Positions 10,870 through 24,549 of a stretch of 64,000 nt of DNA are shown here, piece by piece. The notes beneath the pieces are model-generated. The model saw only the letters and a list, made by a program, of their open reading frames with translations, was not told the origin of the DNA and searched no databases. The stretch's first letter is position 1; each line of letters opens with the position of its first letter. The DNA is from Setoptus koraiensis (lineage: Eukaryota; Animalia; Arthropoda), in assembly GCA_048013815.1 (NCBI GenBank), contig CM106586.1, positions 4,092,001-4,156,000 of the forward strand, read 5' to 3'. Both the position numbers and the translations under genes were made by a program.

Positions 10870-11000
10870 AACGAGACAAGACGATGGGATGAAACGACGA
10901 GATGCCAAGCAATGTGATGAGATGAGATGAGACGAGACAAAACGAGATGATGATATGCGATGGGGTGAGACGAGACGAGACAAGACGAGAAGCGACGAAG
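10870..11000. repeat. Degenerate pentanucleotide repeat (ACGAG/ATGAG)n
   Basis: Direct reading. Confidence 0.8.
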
Positions 11001-13000
11001 ATTCTTGTTTGGTTGGCTAACAAATCATCCATGATGAGTTTCGCTATTGCGCTCACTTTTCAGTGAATAATGGTTACATAATAATTTATGTTGATTAATT
11101 TGTAACAATTTCAATTTTGTTTGTGTCAGCCAACAACAAAAAAACAAGCATTTGGTGAGCCAAATAATGGCAACTTTCTTTTCAATTGAGACTCGCTTAT
11201 ATTGTTGAGGCATAAGAGATAATTATGGTGCCCGTTCGACTGCTGAACAGCGCAGTGCAGTATTCGAATGCTTTTAAATGGACAATTTTCATAAATTAGT
11301 CCCTCGGGGATGATGTAACTATCATCAGAGATTTCTCCGTGCTGCTAGTGGCGAGGAGAAAGAGAGCGAGAACCTGGGCGAGAGAGAGAGATAATTGAAG
11401 AACTAACGATGAGACGACACGAAAACAGTGATCATTCTCGCAAAAATTCATCCTCTGCCGGGTGCCGCATACTGACTCGAGATAATTTGCTCTTGCTAGG
11501 TATTTTTTAGCGAGAAAACTCAACTGGACTGCCGTTGCATATTTTGAGTTATCGTGGGGTTGAGTGGCGCAAATTCGGCACCAGTTGTGGCACCTGTTAG
11601 CTAATTTATGAGATGGTGTCCTTATGGACACTACACTATAATTCATGAGCGATGATATCCAGTAGCCAACTAGAGACCTACATGAAATCATTAGAGCTAA
11701 GCGAGAGATCGCCTTAATTGAGTGTGGGCCGATGAATAAGGAGATGCTACCGTGTGTGCCAAAGAAACGAAGAGCGGCCATTAGTTTGTGCAATGATAAG
11801 ACGGGACAGATATGTTGTTATTAATTCTTTGTAATAATAGTCGTCGTTTTAATCATTAATTAGCGCCAAATAAATCGTTTCACCTGGTGCCTGATTAACT
11901 TTTCAGTGGTGCTTGGCAGCTCGCTGGATAGCACTCGGATCTCACAGATACTTGGCCAAGATAAATGGACCCTTATATGCCTTATAGCGATATAGTAATA
12001 ATAATAATAGTAATAGTAATAATGATAGTGATTATCAGCAACAACTAGGCACAATGGGACAGGCCCATTGGTAAGGTTGCAAGCTGCAACTTGACTCAAT
12101 AAATTAGCTAACAACTAACAACAAAATGTTGCTACACATAACCATATCCAATTTGTTGTAAAAGAAGGAGGGAGATATATAAATTATTTTATTATTATCA
12201 CATTACTGTTTAAACTAATGATTCAACAGCAGCTACTGTGATTATGATGTTGCTAGCTCATGTGTATCTAGTTTAGTTTGGTCGTCACAGCACTATGACG
12301 ACCTTATATATTCATGATAATGGTAATGATGAGCCTGACGTTAATAGATGATGGAGAATAGACAATAACAACATGAGCGACAACAACAACAACAACAACA
12401 GCAGCAACAACAATCGCCTGGCAAGCTGCAACTTGAGATTGCAAACAAGTTAAAGTTGCTAGCCAGTTGAATTTATATCTAATGTAGCATGTCATTACAT
12501 TTGTCAGTTTAATGTTGTTTGTAATTAATTATCTTAAATTAGTAATTAATTCTCTCGCTAGCTGTCGTAGGCTCTGGCTGGTTGCGCTGACTTGATGATC
12601 TTTGTGTGTGTCGCATGTATAAGGGGCTGTCATGAGGCTGCGTTACCAGTTCTGGAGTGAATTATTACAGTCGTCAAGATGGTGTGATCAATTTACCTGT
12701 TGCATACACACACTCAAACGAAGGGGACACATTTGTTGGCTTGTTTCGCGAGCTTCAAGTCGAGCGATCGCAGTCAATGTGCCAATGGCTTGTCTTTGGC
12801 TGGCTGTCGGGCGAGTTAGGCGGGCCTAGCCACGATTCGAATGCCAAAACGAAGGGCCGGCTCCAGAGCGAATACTAATCAGTTAAATCACTCAAATGAT
12901 GATATAATAATGCGCCGTTTAGACGCACAGAGTTGTTTAATTTGTTATTTGTTGTTGTTGGCTGCAGGTGCCGTTGCTGTTGCTGTAGTTGTAGTTGTTG

Positions 13001-13035
<35 letters not shown>

Positions 13036-15300
13036 TTGTTGCTGTTGTGTGGTTGTTATGCTGTTGTCGTGTTGTTGTCGTGTTGTTGCTGCCGCTGTTG
13101 CGTTAGTGGCGGTCATTTGGAGCCAACGAGTTGTGTGACAGCCAGTGGCTTCTGGCTCTCGTACACTAGCCGACCGTTCATTAACATAGCCGAGCGGCTG
13201 ATAATCACTTGTTACACCATCAACGCACGGCCAACAACTATGGGCAACCATCGGCAACCATCGGCGACCATCGGCGACCGTCGGCAACCACCGGCAACAG
13301 CAGCCACCGACAGGTGAGCCCATTAGAACATTAGAACATGGCCGAGCGGCTACAAATCGACGAAGTCGGCCAGTTTGCTGTTGTGTTTTGGCCAGTTGAT
13401 TTAGCAATCAACAAACAAACGAGCCAGCGCACACAAACAACAAGTGGCGGCGGCGGCATATATGCTTGGCGTGTCGTTTAATTTGAAGTGGCCGTCGCTC
13501 AAACTGCTAAACTTATCCGACTGATTTATTGGCTTGTGTCCATCATTAGTCGTTAGTGGAGCCTGATGACGAGGGCCGCAGTTTGTTACGGCGACTGTTT
13601 ACGACCCATACAATACCCATACAATACCGAGAATCGAGCGCATATCGAGTATGTGAGCATAAGCGTCGAGCCAACGGGAGAGAGAGTGGCCTTTTATTTG
13701 ACGTCGGCGTCATACTTGACGGCTTCCATGTGTCGCTGATTGGGCCAATGTGATGCGAATTAAATTGCAAATTCTTCTCTCTTTGCACAATCTGTGTGTG
13801 TGCTGTCTACAATTATGCTCACTTAATGATAATCACTTTGCGAGCCTTTGCGACTCTCGGATATTGCCAGGCACACTCGCACTAATGTGATTATATCACT
13901 GGCTCACTGATTGCCATCAACTAGCAACTAGTTGATGGCCATAATCAGCCTCATCTGGCAAAACAAAAAGCGCCATCGAGAGCCAGCCAGCCAGAGAGAT
14001 TATGTAAGACGACAAGACATAAATAAGATGCTCACTGGCCGCCGGGATACGTCGGCGACGCAACCGTATGCCGCTTGTGAGACATGACTGAGATATGGTG
14101 CCTGTCAGTGGAACAGCAAACATGCTCGAAAACTGTTATGGCGCTACTGTTTGCCATTTGTGCGCCAGCCATTTAGTCACTCAGCCATTCGGCCGGCCAG
14201 CCAGCCATCGAGTCATTCAGCCGGCCAGCCATTGAGTCACTCAGCCGGCCAGCCAGCCATTTATCCATTTATATAAATGGATAAATCCGACATGCACACA
14301 GCAAGCTTATTAGCATCACTTGCCGCCATTCTATCACTTGTTACGTATTACTTATCACTTAATACTTAACACTTATTGCCTGCTATTCGCCGTCCGCCGT
14401 TCACCGTGTCATTCGTCGCTTGCCAGCGAACTGCCAGCGACTGCCAGCAACTGCCAGCAACTGCCGGCGAGCTGCCGCCGACTGATTGCCGAGCCTTAAT
14501 TGCTCTTATCTCTCGAGCTCATCATCTCATGACGCCTGTCACTCGGTGGCGCTCTATCGGTGGCTCGATCTCGACAGGCCCATTGCATTCCGCTACACAA
14601 ACATGATTTCCTATGTGTTGCGGCCGCTCATCAGTGGCGAATTCACTCGAATTCACATCACAGCGAATTGCCCATTTCGACAGGCGTCTCACCAACTCAA
14701 GCTCCGCTCGGCGTTGTGCAATTGCGCGCACTGTCGACACACTGCCGCGTCTGAATTTCTCGATTTGCTCTCGTTTTGGCGCCTCTGCAATCGTCGGCTC
14801 GCTCGTCGCCTCGCCAAAACGTCGACAAAATGTCCGATGAATGAGCGACAACAGTCCAGTGGCCGGAGTGGCCGGAGTGGCCGGAGTGCGGCCGGAGTGC
14901 GGCCGGAATGTGGCGGCCACATCGACGACACATTGAGCGTGGACACGTCAAATGCGGCGGCGGCGCATAATTAATTACTGCAAGGTCCAGTGGCCAGTTT
15001 CGCTGTGAGCGACACACACACACACACCGAGCGGCGAAACTCAAATTGAATTCGTGCCGTCGCCCCACACACGCCCGTCACATTTGGCCAGGGCCAGGCG
15101 TGACATTTGGCCAATCGCATTTGATTGTTGCGACTGTGACGACTATCTTACACACACACAGGTGAGTCGGCTCGGCTTGACAGCGGCGACAAGAGCTTGC
15201 AAGTGGCAAGTGATAGGTAGCGCGTCAATCAATCATCGCGCTGCCAGTCTATCATTTGCTGCTTGACGGCCGTCGCCATCGCTATCAACAAACGAGCAAC

Positions 15301-15373
15301 AACCGCACAACAACCGCACAACAACCGCGCAACAACCGCGCAACGACCGCACCACAGCCGCACAACAGCCGCA
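15301..15373. repeat. 11-bp tandem array x7 with an AACCGCA-like core
   Basis: Units start at 15301, 15312, 15323, 15334, 15345, 15356, 15367. Confidence 0.9.
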
Positions 15374-15956
15374 ATTCACCTGTGCCGGTGCGCTGACACC
15401 GATACACGCCGATCGCATGTCATGTGTGTATTGTTGTGTGTGTGTGTGTGTGCAAACTGACACATGACAGGTTGTTGCCACAAACGATCATCTGTAATCA
15501 ACGCCGCCGGCGCTGTCGTCGTCGCCAACAAAGACAGCGACGACGACGACGGCGACGACGCCGACGACGACGACGACGACGACATGACAGGTAAACAATG
15601 GGCATGTTGCGGCGCTGCAAGACTGGCAGCGCAAGTCCGGTTGTGTGTTGACGGGCAAGTGATTACTTAATTTGCATAATGACAAGCCTCTGTTGCGGCG
15701 GGCCGCTCGGTTGGTCAGTTGCGGCCAATTGCCGCAATTGCGGCGAATATCAATTTCTGTTTGCGTGATTGACAGATGACACAAGATGCAAAAATGATGC
15801 CGTCTGTTGCGAGAGTCATATCTCATAGTCACATCATCGCATGCCCGCCACTCTGACAATCTGACAGCGCCTGTCTAGCCAGCCGTATGATCGCCGTACA
15901 ATCTCAAAAGATCTCAACTGATCGGCCGTACGATCGCATACGATCGCACATGATTG

Positions 15957-16034
15957 GCCATATGATCGAGTGTCAGCGGCCATATGATCGAATGTCAGCG
16001 GCCATATGATCGAATGTGAGCGGCCATGTGATCG
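15957..16034. repeat. 22-bp tandem array x3.5 (GGCCATATGATCGA(A/G)TGTCAGC)
   Basis: Direct reading. Confidence 0.92.
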
Positions 16035-18633
16035 GGCGGCTTGGGATAGATAAATATGGGCTGTTGTCGCCGGTGGCGCGAGTGTCGGTTGCAGCGGCTC
16101 ACCTGAGCAGCGTGAGCCGCTGCCAATGTGACAGGCGACCGGCATTGGCTGTCACAGCCGCCGAGAGCAGCCGGTTTAGTGTCAGAGTGTGAGTGCCGGC
16201 AATGCGGTGCCGTTGATTGACATGTTGATTATGTGCATGCATTGGCGACCTTGAATCGGCCCGATCGGGCCGGCCCGACAGTGCGCGAGCGGCTTTAAAT
16301 TGGCGCTCCGTCGGGCCGATTGCAATTTTCGTCGTTGTTGAGCGCGACAACACTGTCGATACTTGTGATGAAATGAGATTTCCTTTGTGTGTGTACGGAG
16401 TGTGCGTGTGCGTAGTACAATACTGACAGCAGCAACAAACTGACAAGTCGCCAGATGAGTTGTCAGACGGTGACATGACAGTGTGGCGGCTCACTTGTCA
16501 CTTGTCATTCGTCAATCAGCCGTTTTAGCGCCTTGCGTCGGTGCTATGACGCCGGCCCGACAAGCCAGCGACCGATAAATTGCAAGCATGTGTGTGTGAC
16601 AACAACAAGTGACAATTTAAGTGTCGCTCTTGTTGTTGGCCGTGCCCATTAATGCCAACTACTTGACCAACAGCCGATGGCTAAATATAATCTCGCAACT
16701 GTCTTTGCAGGCACACTATTCAATGGTGACTATTGCAGCATCGGCTGTCACAGTTTGTGTCAGCGTCCGCTGCCAGACTCTGACAGTCGCACTCTGACAG
16801 CCAGTGCTAATCTACACGAGCCAGTCCACACATCAGCTGACAGTTGTCAAACTATTGACAGTCGATAGCAGCTGATGTCGTTGCTTTGATTTGCGCTATT
16901 TCTCGCTGCTGCTCACAACTGACAACTGACGGCCACAGCTGTCTCGCCGCTCGCTGTTACGCTTGGCTCGGCCTGGCTCGGCTCGGCTCGGCTCGGTTCC
17001 CCTAAATGCGACTGGCTCATATCATGTGAGCCATACAACTGGCTATAAATGGCCAGTGGATCACATGGCTGCAATTATTATCGGCCTGTCAATATTTGTT
17101 GTTGCACTGCGCTCGTCGGCACAACTTTCTCGCGCCATCCAGTCTGTGCGCTGCTGAGAAGCGCCCCCCTGCGCCACTGCGGGCCCCAACGACGAGCTGC
17201 CCACCGGGGCCAAATCGGGCCAATGCCGGGCTGACGGGACCCGCGCTCGGCCCCCAAGGCTCGGGTGGCCGCGCGACCGGAGCCTCGGGAAACGAAACGG
17301 GCCGGAGCTGGCCAAAGTTGGCCGAAACGGGCTGAAATGGGCCGAAATTGGCCGAAATTAGTGGCCAGTTTTAGTGGCCGGTGGCGCCAGTTTTAATTGG
17401 GTTTCAACGCTTGGGCAGCATCGCGCGGTGGTCCGCCGGTGGGTGGGGGGCCGCCCGCTTGCGCACTGCGGCGCCGATCGGCGGCCAAGCGATCGGTCGG
17501 GAGGCACGCATGTGATCCAATCAGCGCCTCGGAGACAAACATGGTGCGATATTGAGTGGCGCTGATTTCGGTTGGCGTGAAGTGGAGCGGAGTGGAGTGC
17601 AACTTTTGCAAAGTGTGTGGTTTTTTAGCGAGTGTGCGTGTGTGTGTGTGTGTCGTCGTCGTCGAGAGGAGACAACTGGAGCAAAAAAGGGCGACAGGCG
17701 AGACAGGCCGAAGAGGAACAAGACGACGACATGTCGCAGCCAGTCGAGAGCGTTGTCACTCAGAATTGAATTGAATTCTTTTTGGCCGCTCGCTCGCCTT
17801 CGAATGCCCGAATTGGCGTCGCTGGCTCTGTTTGCTGTTGGCTGTTTGCTCGTTGTGTCGGCTCGTCGTGTCGGCTCGTTGTGTCGGCTGCCGGTCGCGC
17901 CAGTTCGGTGCGTGGAGCTCGGAGGTGCTCGAGTTGCGCGAGTTCAATCAACAAAGCCATTGTTGTTGTTTGCTTGAGCAAACAGCATCCAGCGACAGCA
18001 ACAACGACGCCAACAACGACAGCTACAGCGACAACAACAGCGACAGCGACAACAACAACACAACTGCGACTGCCAGACAGCAATGATTGGCAGGTCAACA
18101 CGATGGATGGGCCGACTTTCATATTCGCGTTTGGCGCTCGTTGGCGCTGGGCCCGTCATCATCAACAACATGCCAGTTTTAAGACAACAACAACATTATT
18201 TGACAGTTGTCGTGCCATCTCATATTATGCCTGTCAAACGGGACAATTGCCAGTTGAGCTCGTCTGTCAAGTGAACAGTTGACAGGCAATCATTGTTGCC
18301 TGCAGACACGCCGGTCGGTGCCGGCCCGTCGGTGCCGGGCTGTCACTCGTTGGCTGTTGGTAGCCGGTCTGGCCGGCCGACGCGACATGAGCGACAGCCA
18401 GCGCAACAGCGACAGCCAGCGCAACAGCGACGGCACCACCGACAGCGACAACTATTAACGAGCCCGGTGAGCGGCACGCGATTTTTAACGGGCCCGCTCG
18501 CGTCATCGTGTCACTGGCGGGGCGACCCCGCTCAATTGCGCAGCGCACCCACTGACAGCGCGCTCACCAATCAAACGATTTTATCCGCTTATAACAACCA
18601 TCGCCGGCCAGCAACGAGCCGGCCCGAAATGAC

Positions 18634-18790
18634 GCCCGCTCCGATGTCGGCCGCTCCGATGTTGCCCGCACCGCCTGGTACCGGGCCCGAGCGACGGATG
18701 GCGCCACCGCCGGCAACATTCGCAGCGGGCAGCATCGGAGCGGGCAGCATCGGAGCGGGCAACGTCGGAGCGGCCGACACCGGAGCGGGC
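18634..18790. repeat. Foldback: 36-bp inverted arms (18634-18669 / 18755-18790) built from a 15-bp unit
   Basis: 34/36 complementary; one of the two mismatches is G-T. Confidence 0.9.
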
Positions 18791-20735
18791 AACATTTTGA
18801 GCCAGACAACTGGTCGGACTGGCAGCTTCGAACGCTGCTGCCGGCTTGTTGTGTTTTTTAATAAATACGCTGCTCGCAGGCAGAGCGGAAAGAGCGAGCG
18901 ATTCAACATGACTCAACATGATTTAGCGGCTAAATTCTGGGCAGGCCGACGAGCTGACGGCGACAATCATGAGCCAGAAGACCATTTAAAGAGTCACAAA
19001 GAGCCCGATGATAAATGTCCGTTGTGTGCGTGAGTTTTGTTTGTAGCGACAACGTTTGTTACATAACAAGCAGCAGCACTATTAAAAGGCTGGCAATGCG
19101 TGCAAATAATAATTTATGATATCTGGTCGTCGTTTTAAACTCACAACAAACTTAAACTGGCTGCTCCGCTGACAGCGACTCACTCGCCTGACAGCGCCGA
19201 CGACACGACACAACAGCGACGACACGACGACGACGACACGACGACGACGACACGACAACGACGACGACACGACAACAGCCACTTGGGCGACAATCGCAAC
19301 TTGTGACAAAATGGCAGCAAAAATAAAAATATTCTTGTCCGCTTGTTTGCGCGCTCGCTGCCAACAACTGTCATTACAACATGTTAATAATGGCCAACAT
19401 GACAATGACGACAACGCAATGAATGCCGTCGAACGCGAATTGATCATTAATTGAGGCCTCCGTTGGTCGGGCCAGAGATTTGCGGCGGCCAGACTCGCCC
19501 GCCAGACTCGCCCGCCAGACTCTGCCCACCAGAGGGAGAGCGGCCAGAGGCCAACGGGAGAAGAGGCAGAGCGGCAAAGAGGCCAACAGGCGAACAGGCG
19601 AAGAGGAGCGAATAAAAATATCCCCTGTGACAAGTTTGAAACAACAACAAATGGAGCATACAGTCGCCGTTGGACTCACTTTGAATAATGGTTGCGCGAC
19701 TGGATTTATTCGTTTCGATTCGTTTCGCCTTATTTTATTTTATTTCATTTCATTTTATTCCATTCTATTTTATTTCGTTTCGTTTCATTTTATTCAGGGT
19801 TTATTTCATTTTGGGCCCCTGCGCGCACCATGTTCCGTTTGGCGGGCCGCTGGCTGCCGAACGGCGCCCTTTGCGGCATGCAAATCGAGCGGCGCGGTGG
19901 CGCTTTTGCGCACCGCGCCGCTGCGCGCCATATCGCACGCCGTGAGCGTCGCCTGCCTAACCGGAGCGACAGGGCCGACGTGACCGGGCCAACGTGACGC
20001 GCCGCATCGATTCGGGGCACCAACGTCGGGCGCTCATCATACACACACACACGGTATGTGTGGGTATCACGGCTGGATGTATCAATAATGCGCAGCGAGC
20101 GAGCGGATAATGGAGTAACAATGTAATGGATCACTCGCGCAAATCGACTTGCATGTTGTCTAAACTCGACAGCGACAAGCGAAGAAAAATGGCCTTCGCG
20201 TCGCAGCCAATGCTCTCGCGAACATTAGCGCTGCCTATCGGTGGCCAACGAGGCGCCCAAAAATAACCATATATCACCGATATAACAAATGGCGCCGCAG
20301 CTATTACTTTTTTTGTAGCCGTTGTTGTTGCCGTGGTTGGTGTTGTTGTCGCTGTCGTTGTTGCCGTTGTCGTTGTTGCCGTTGTCGCTGTTGTTGTTGT
20401 CGCTGTTGTTGGTGTCGCTGTTGTTGTGGCAACAACCGCGTCCCTCTTTAACACTATCCACACTCAGTGCGCCCCATTGCTCGGCCGCCCAGCCTGTCTC
20501 GCCAAGCATGTATGAGCGGCGTTATCGTTGTCGTTACAAATTCTAAATTCTTTCTGTCGCAATTTATCACTGGCCCCCAATCTCGATGGGCCGGCTGGCG
20601 GGCGGCCCCGCATGCCAGCCAGCCAGCACGGCCCCCAAAAGGACAATGGCGGCCCTGGCGGCAATAATGAGAAATGGGCCCGGCGGCCGAGCATTCGCCG
20701 GGCCCGCGTCATTTTAATAGACTGCACACCGAAGC

Positions 20736-20892
<157 letters not shown>

Positions 20893-22711
20893 CACAAAGT
20901 GCAAGTAATGGCCGTTATGTAATAATAAATGTGAGTTATGATTTGATATCGACCGGCCAACCAGACCGAGGCTAATGATTTTATCATCAGTTCTCACAAC
21001 AGCATCAGCTGTTTGACAGCGCAAACGAGCGCGCCAAGGTTATTAATGACGGCGATCGTGTGCGCAATTGTCGCTGTCGTTGCTCCATTAATTTTGATTT
21101 CAATATTGCGCAATAATTGCGCAGCGACAACAGCGGCCACAATCGCTGTCGCTCAGGTCGGCCCAGGTTGTTGCGCAATCGACGGGTTGCTGTGACACAC
21201 AAAATGAGGGCCGTAAATCACGCGCTAAATCACTTCATGTCAACCTGTCTCATCACGTGCTGACGTGTCGCGTTGTCGGCCGTGACAAGCCGTTCGCCGG
21301 GCCGCTCACTTGACCGCCGCGCCCCTCTCGCCCCCCCCCCCATTTGTTGTCGCGCAGAGCCAGCCGGAGGCACGGCCAGCGTGGGCGGTTGTTGGCGGCC
21401 ATTGTGCCGGCCCGCTAATGACAGCTGCCGCTGGTGCAATTGGTCGCAGTGCAGCGGTTAATAAGTTGGTGGCCGTTACAAGTGGCACAGTCAGCTGACA
21501 AGTGCAAGCGCTTGTCAGTTGTGACGCAATTGTGTCATAACTGGCGCCGGTGTGTCGAGCTCGAGCTTGAGCTGATCGCTATTTGGCTAGTGGCCCATTA
21601 GTTGGCGGTGTCGCTGTTAGTGGGCGCTGCCAAGTGACAGCAATTTTCTCTCTCTCTGTCAGTCTCACAATGTTTTGAATCTGGCCGCCAGTCAGCTGCT
21701 GGCTTGTCAGTGGCGCTGTCACGTGGGAACTGACATTATGACGGCACGGAGTTGATGCGTTGTTCGTGTGCGCAAACTGGAGCGTCGTCTAACAAGTGGC
21801 GATCAATCATGATTGGATCTCGTTCTGTTTTTGGGCGACTCGTCTCTCGACCTGTTCGCCTATTGGCCGCGAGCGGCCGAGCCGCCGACGAGGCTGCCGG
21901 CGACGACGGCGACGCATTATCCGAATTGCTCGCTGTTGTTGTCGAGAGAGAGAGAGAGAGTGGAGTAGCCATCAGTTTGTTTGACACTTTGCAGCGCTTT
22001 GCCGGGCCTTCCGCCGGCTGCCGTGGAGCGGCCGACATTGGCGCTGGCGTTTTTCAGCCAGTCGGCGCTGTCAGTGACAAGCGCCATTGGATAATCTGAC
22101 AGCGAAATAAGATAAATGATGTCGGTTTGCATTTATTGCGCCAGCGCGGCCAGCCGGCGAACGCGAGCGCCACAGCAAACATTCGAAAGGGGATTATCCG
22201 CGAGTCTGGCGGCGCTAAGCCCACATCGCCAACAACCTCGCATGTCATCCCGTGCCGCGGCTCGCTGACAGGCGCTGTTGGCGTCGCTGTCGTTGTTGTT
22301 CAGTTGGTCGCTGTCGTGGTCGTTGTTGTTGCTGTTGTTGTTGCTGTTGTTGTTGCTGTTGTTGTTGCTGCTGCTGCCGGCGCAACTGCGGCCAGACGAG
22401 ATGACGGGATAAAATCAAATGATGAATCAAATATGATCATGATGGAGTGGCTAGGCACGATTGTGACGATTATTATGACGATGACGCCGCTGACACTGAC
22501 GGTCATGACGGCCACGACGACGACGACCAGTCAGCCGTCAAGAGGAGCCAACTTGCCGCTGATGCTGCCGCTGTCAGCTGACGGCGACGGTGACGTGCCC
22601 GCCGACGACGATGACCCGCCGCATGACGACGATGATCAAGGACATGATCATCATCATCAGCTGGTCGCGCAATCTGATGAAGATTGATGGCAGCAGCAAC
22701 AACAACAACGA

Positions 22712-22749
<38 letters not shown>

Positions 22750-23385
22750 ACTGAACAGCAACAACGACAACTCGCGAGAGGACATTGATTGATCAGCTGA
22801 TCAAATTCAAACAAAATGCCAGACTCTCTCTCTCTCTCTCTCACCAGAAAACAAAGTGATTGGCCGAAATTGATACCCGACACACACACGCACACGCACA
22901 CGCACTGCTGAAACCGCCTCAAAGTTTGAGGCTCACGCAGCCCCGGACGCCGCACACATACGCGCGCACTCATCGGTGCGGCCTACCCACGCGACGGGCC
23001 CGTCAGCCCGTTGCCAATTTACAAACCGAGCGCCCGCCTGACAGCGCCGTCTAAATTGTGCGACAGCCAGCGATGCGCCCCGTGTGATCAATCAACTAAC
23101 TTGTCTAATCAATCACACGCACGCACGTCCTCCATTTGTCTCTCGTACTACCAGTGTTTTGGGCCGCTTTTAATCATCAACCTTCACTAATCCATCAAAA
23201 TTGACTTGCCCGTGGCGTCGCCTCCCGCACCGTCACCTCGTTTCCCGTCCGCGCCGTTGCCGGTGCGGCCGCCGACCGGCCGGCCGGCCGGCTCCTATGG
23301 CCACTCGCCACTTCCGTCCGAACACTTTCTGTGCACTGTCAAGTGCGTATGCGCTGCGCAAGATTTCGCGCGTGCGCGCGCCGCC

Positions 23386-23433
23386 CCCGATGGTTGTGAA
23401 TATTGGCTTGAACCAATATTTACAACCATTGGG
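23386..23433 (+). ncRNA. Candidate small-RNA hairpin: 21-bp stem, 6-nt loop
   Basis: CCCGATGGTTGTGAATATTGG-CTTGAA-CCAATATTTACAACCATTGGG. Both non-Watson-Crick pairs are G-U on the + strand. It matches no miRNA I recognise. Confidence 0.3.
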
Positions 23434-24549
23434 CAGCAAAAATTACTTGTTGTTGCCCATAACTCACACGGGACATTCCGCGAACGAGCCACCGTTTTAT
23501 TCGGGCCGCTTTGATGTCGACGAATCGAGCCGAGTGTGACGCCAGGCGGTGCGCGCAGCAAACAGGAAGTGGCCGCCAAGTGATGTCATCCCGGCCGAGC
23601 TCAGCTGTATCGGCTCACCTGTATAATGTCAGGTAGTGTGTGTGTGCGTGCGTGTGCGTGTGGCGGGCCTTAATGGGGTCTAGACTTGATGTGCGTGTCA
23701 ATGGCCAACATTTCACTCGGTGGTTGATTGTTGTTGCTGCTAGTCAGGTGATCGATTAACGCACACAGCAAGCGTGTTGGTGCGTTTACAGTGCCAATCA
23801 AGTCGCTCCTCTTCATTGGCTTGCCAACGACGAGCACCGAGCCAGCAGCAACAACAGCAACAACAACAACAACAACGGCAACAACAACAGCATCAACAGC
23901 ATCCACAGCATCAACAATAGCAACAACAACAGCAACAACAGCAACAACAGCGTGAGTGGTGGCGCACAAAGTGGCCCATTACAACAATCGGTGGTCATCC
24001 ATCAATGTGCGGGCATGATGCGCGATTCTCTCGGTTAGTTAGTTAGTGATTGATCGATGCGATTTGATGCGATTTGACGCGACTTGATGCGACTTGACGC
24101 TTGACGGTTCCAGTTCTTGGCTGCTTCGTTAGTCCGCTTCGACAGGCCGCTCTGAGGCGTCGCTGTGACTGAGAGTCGGGCCAGCAAAATTGCGAATCGA
24201 ATGCGAATTTTGATTTGAATTTGCGATCTGCCAAGCGCCGATCTCGGCTCAGCCGGCTCACTGGAGCCAAGCCCAGCGGTTGTTGTGGTTATCGCGAGCT
24301 TCGCCAACGATGCGCCCAATCGAGCCAATGAACAACAACAGCAACAACTTGTGAGTTATAAACAGACCCAGCAGCCAGCAACAACAAATCAAGCGGCCCT
24401 AATTTATTCAATTTCACACACGCACACTCACACGGCCAACTTTTGGTCAGTTGACGAGCACAAACTTTTTCGCTCACGAGACCAGTCGGCACAGTTGCAC
24501 AGCTTTTGGGCCCTACTAACAAACTGAGCCTGGCCTAGGTCTGGCCACT

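Noticed and set aside
12657-14974. Protein-looking ORFs (12657-12878 +, 13556-13753 +, 14522-14920 -, 14486-14974 +)
   Set aside because: No recognisable motif and no consistent splice chain; GC-rich DNA leaves many frames open. Hidden exons cannot be excluded without RNA-seq.
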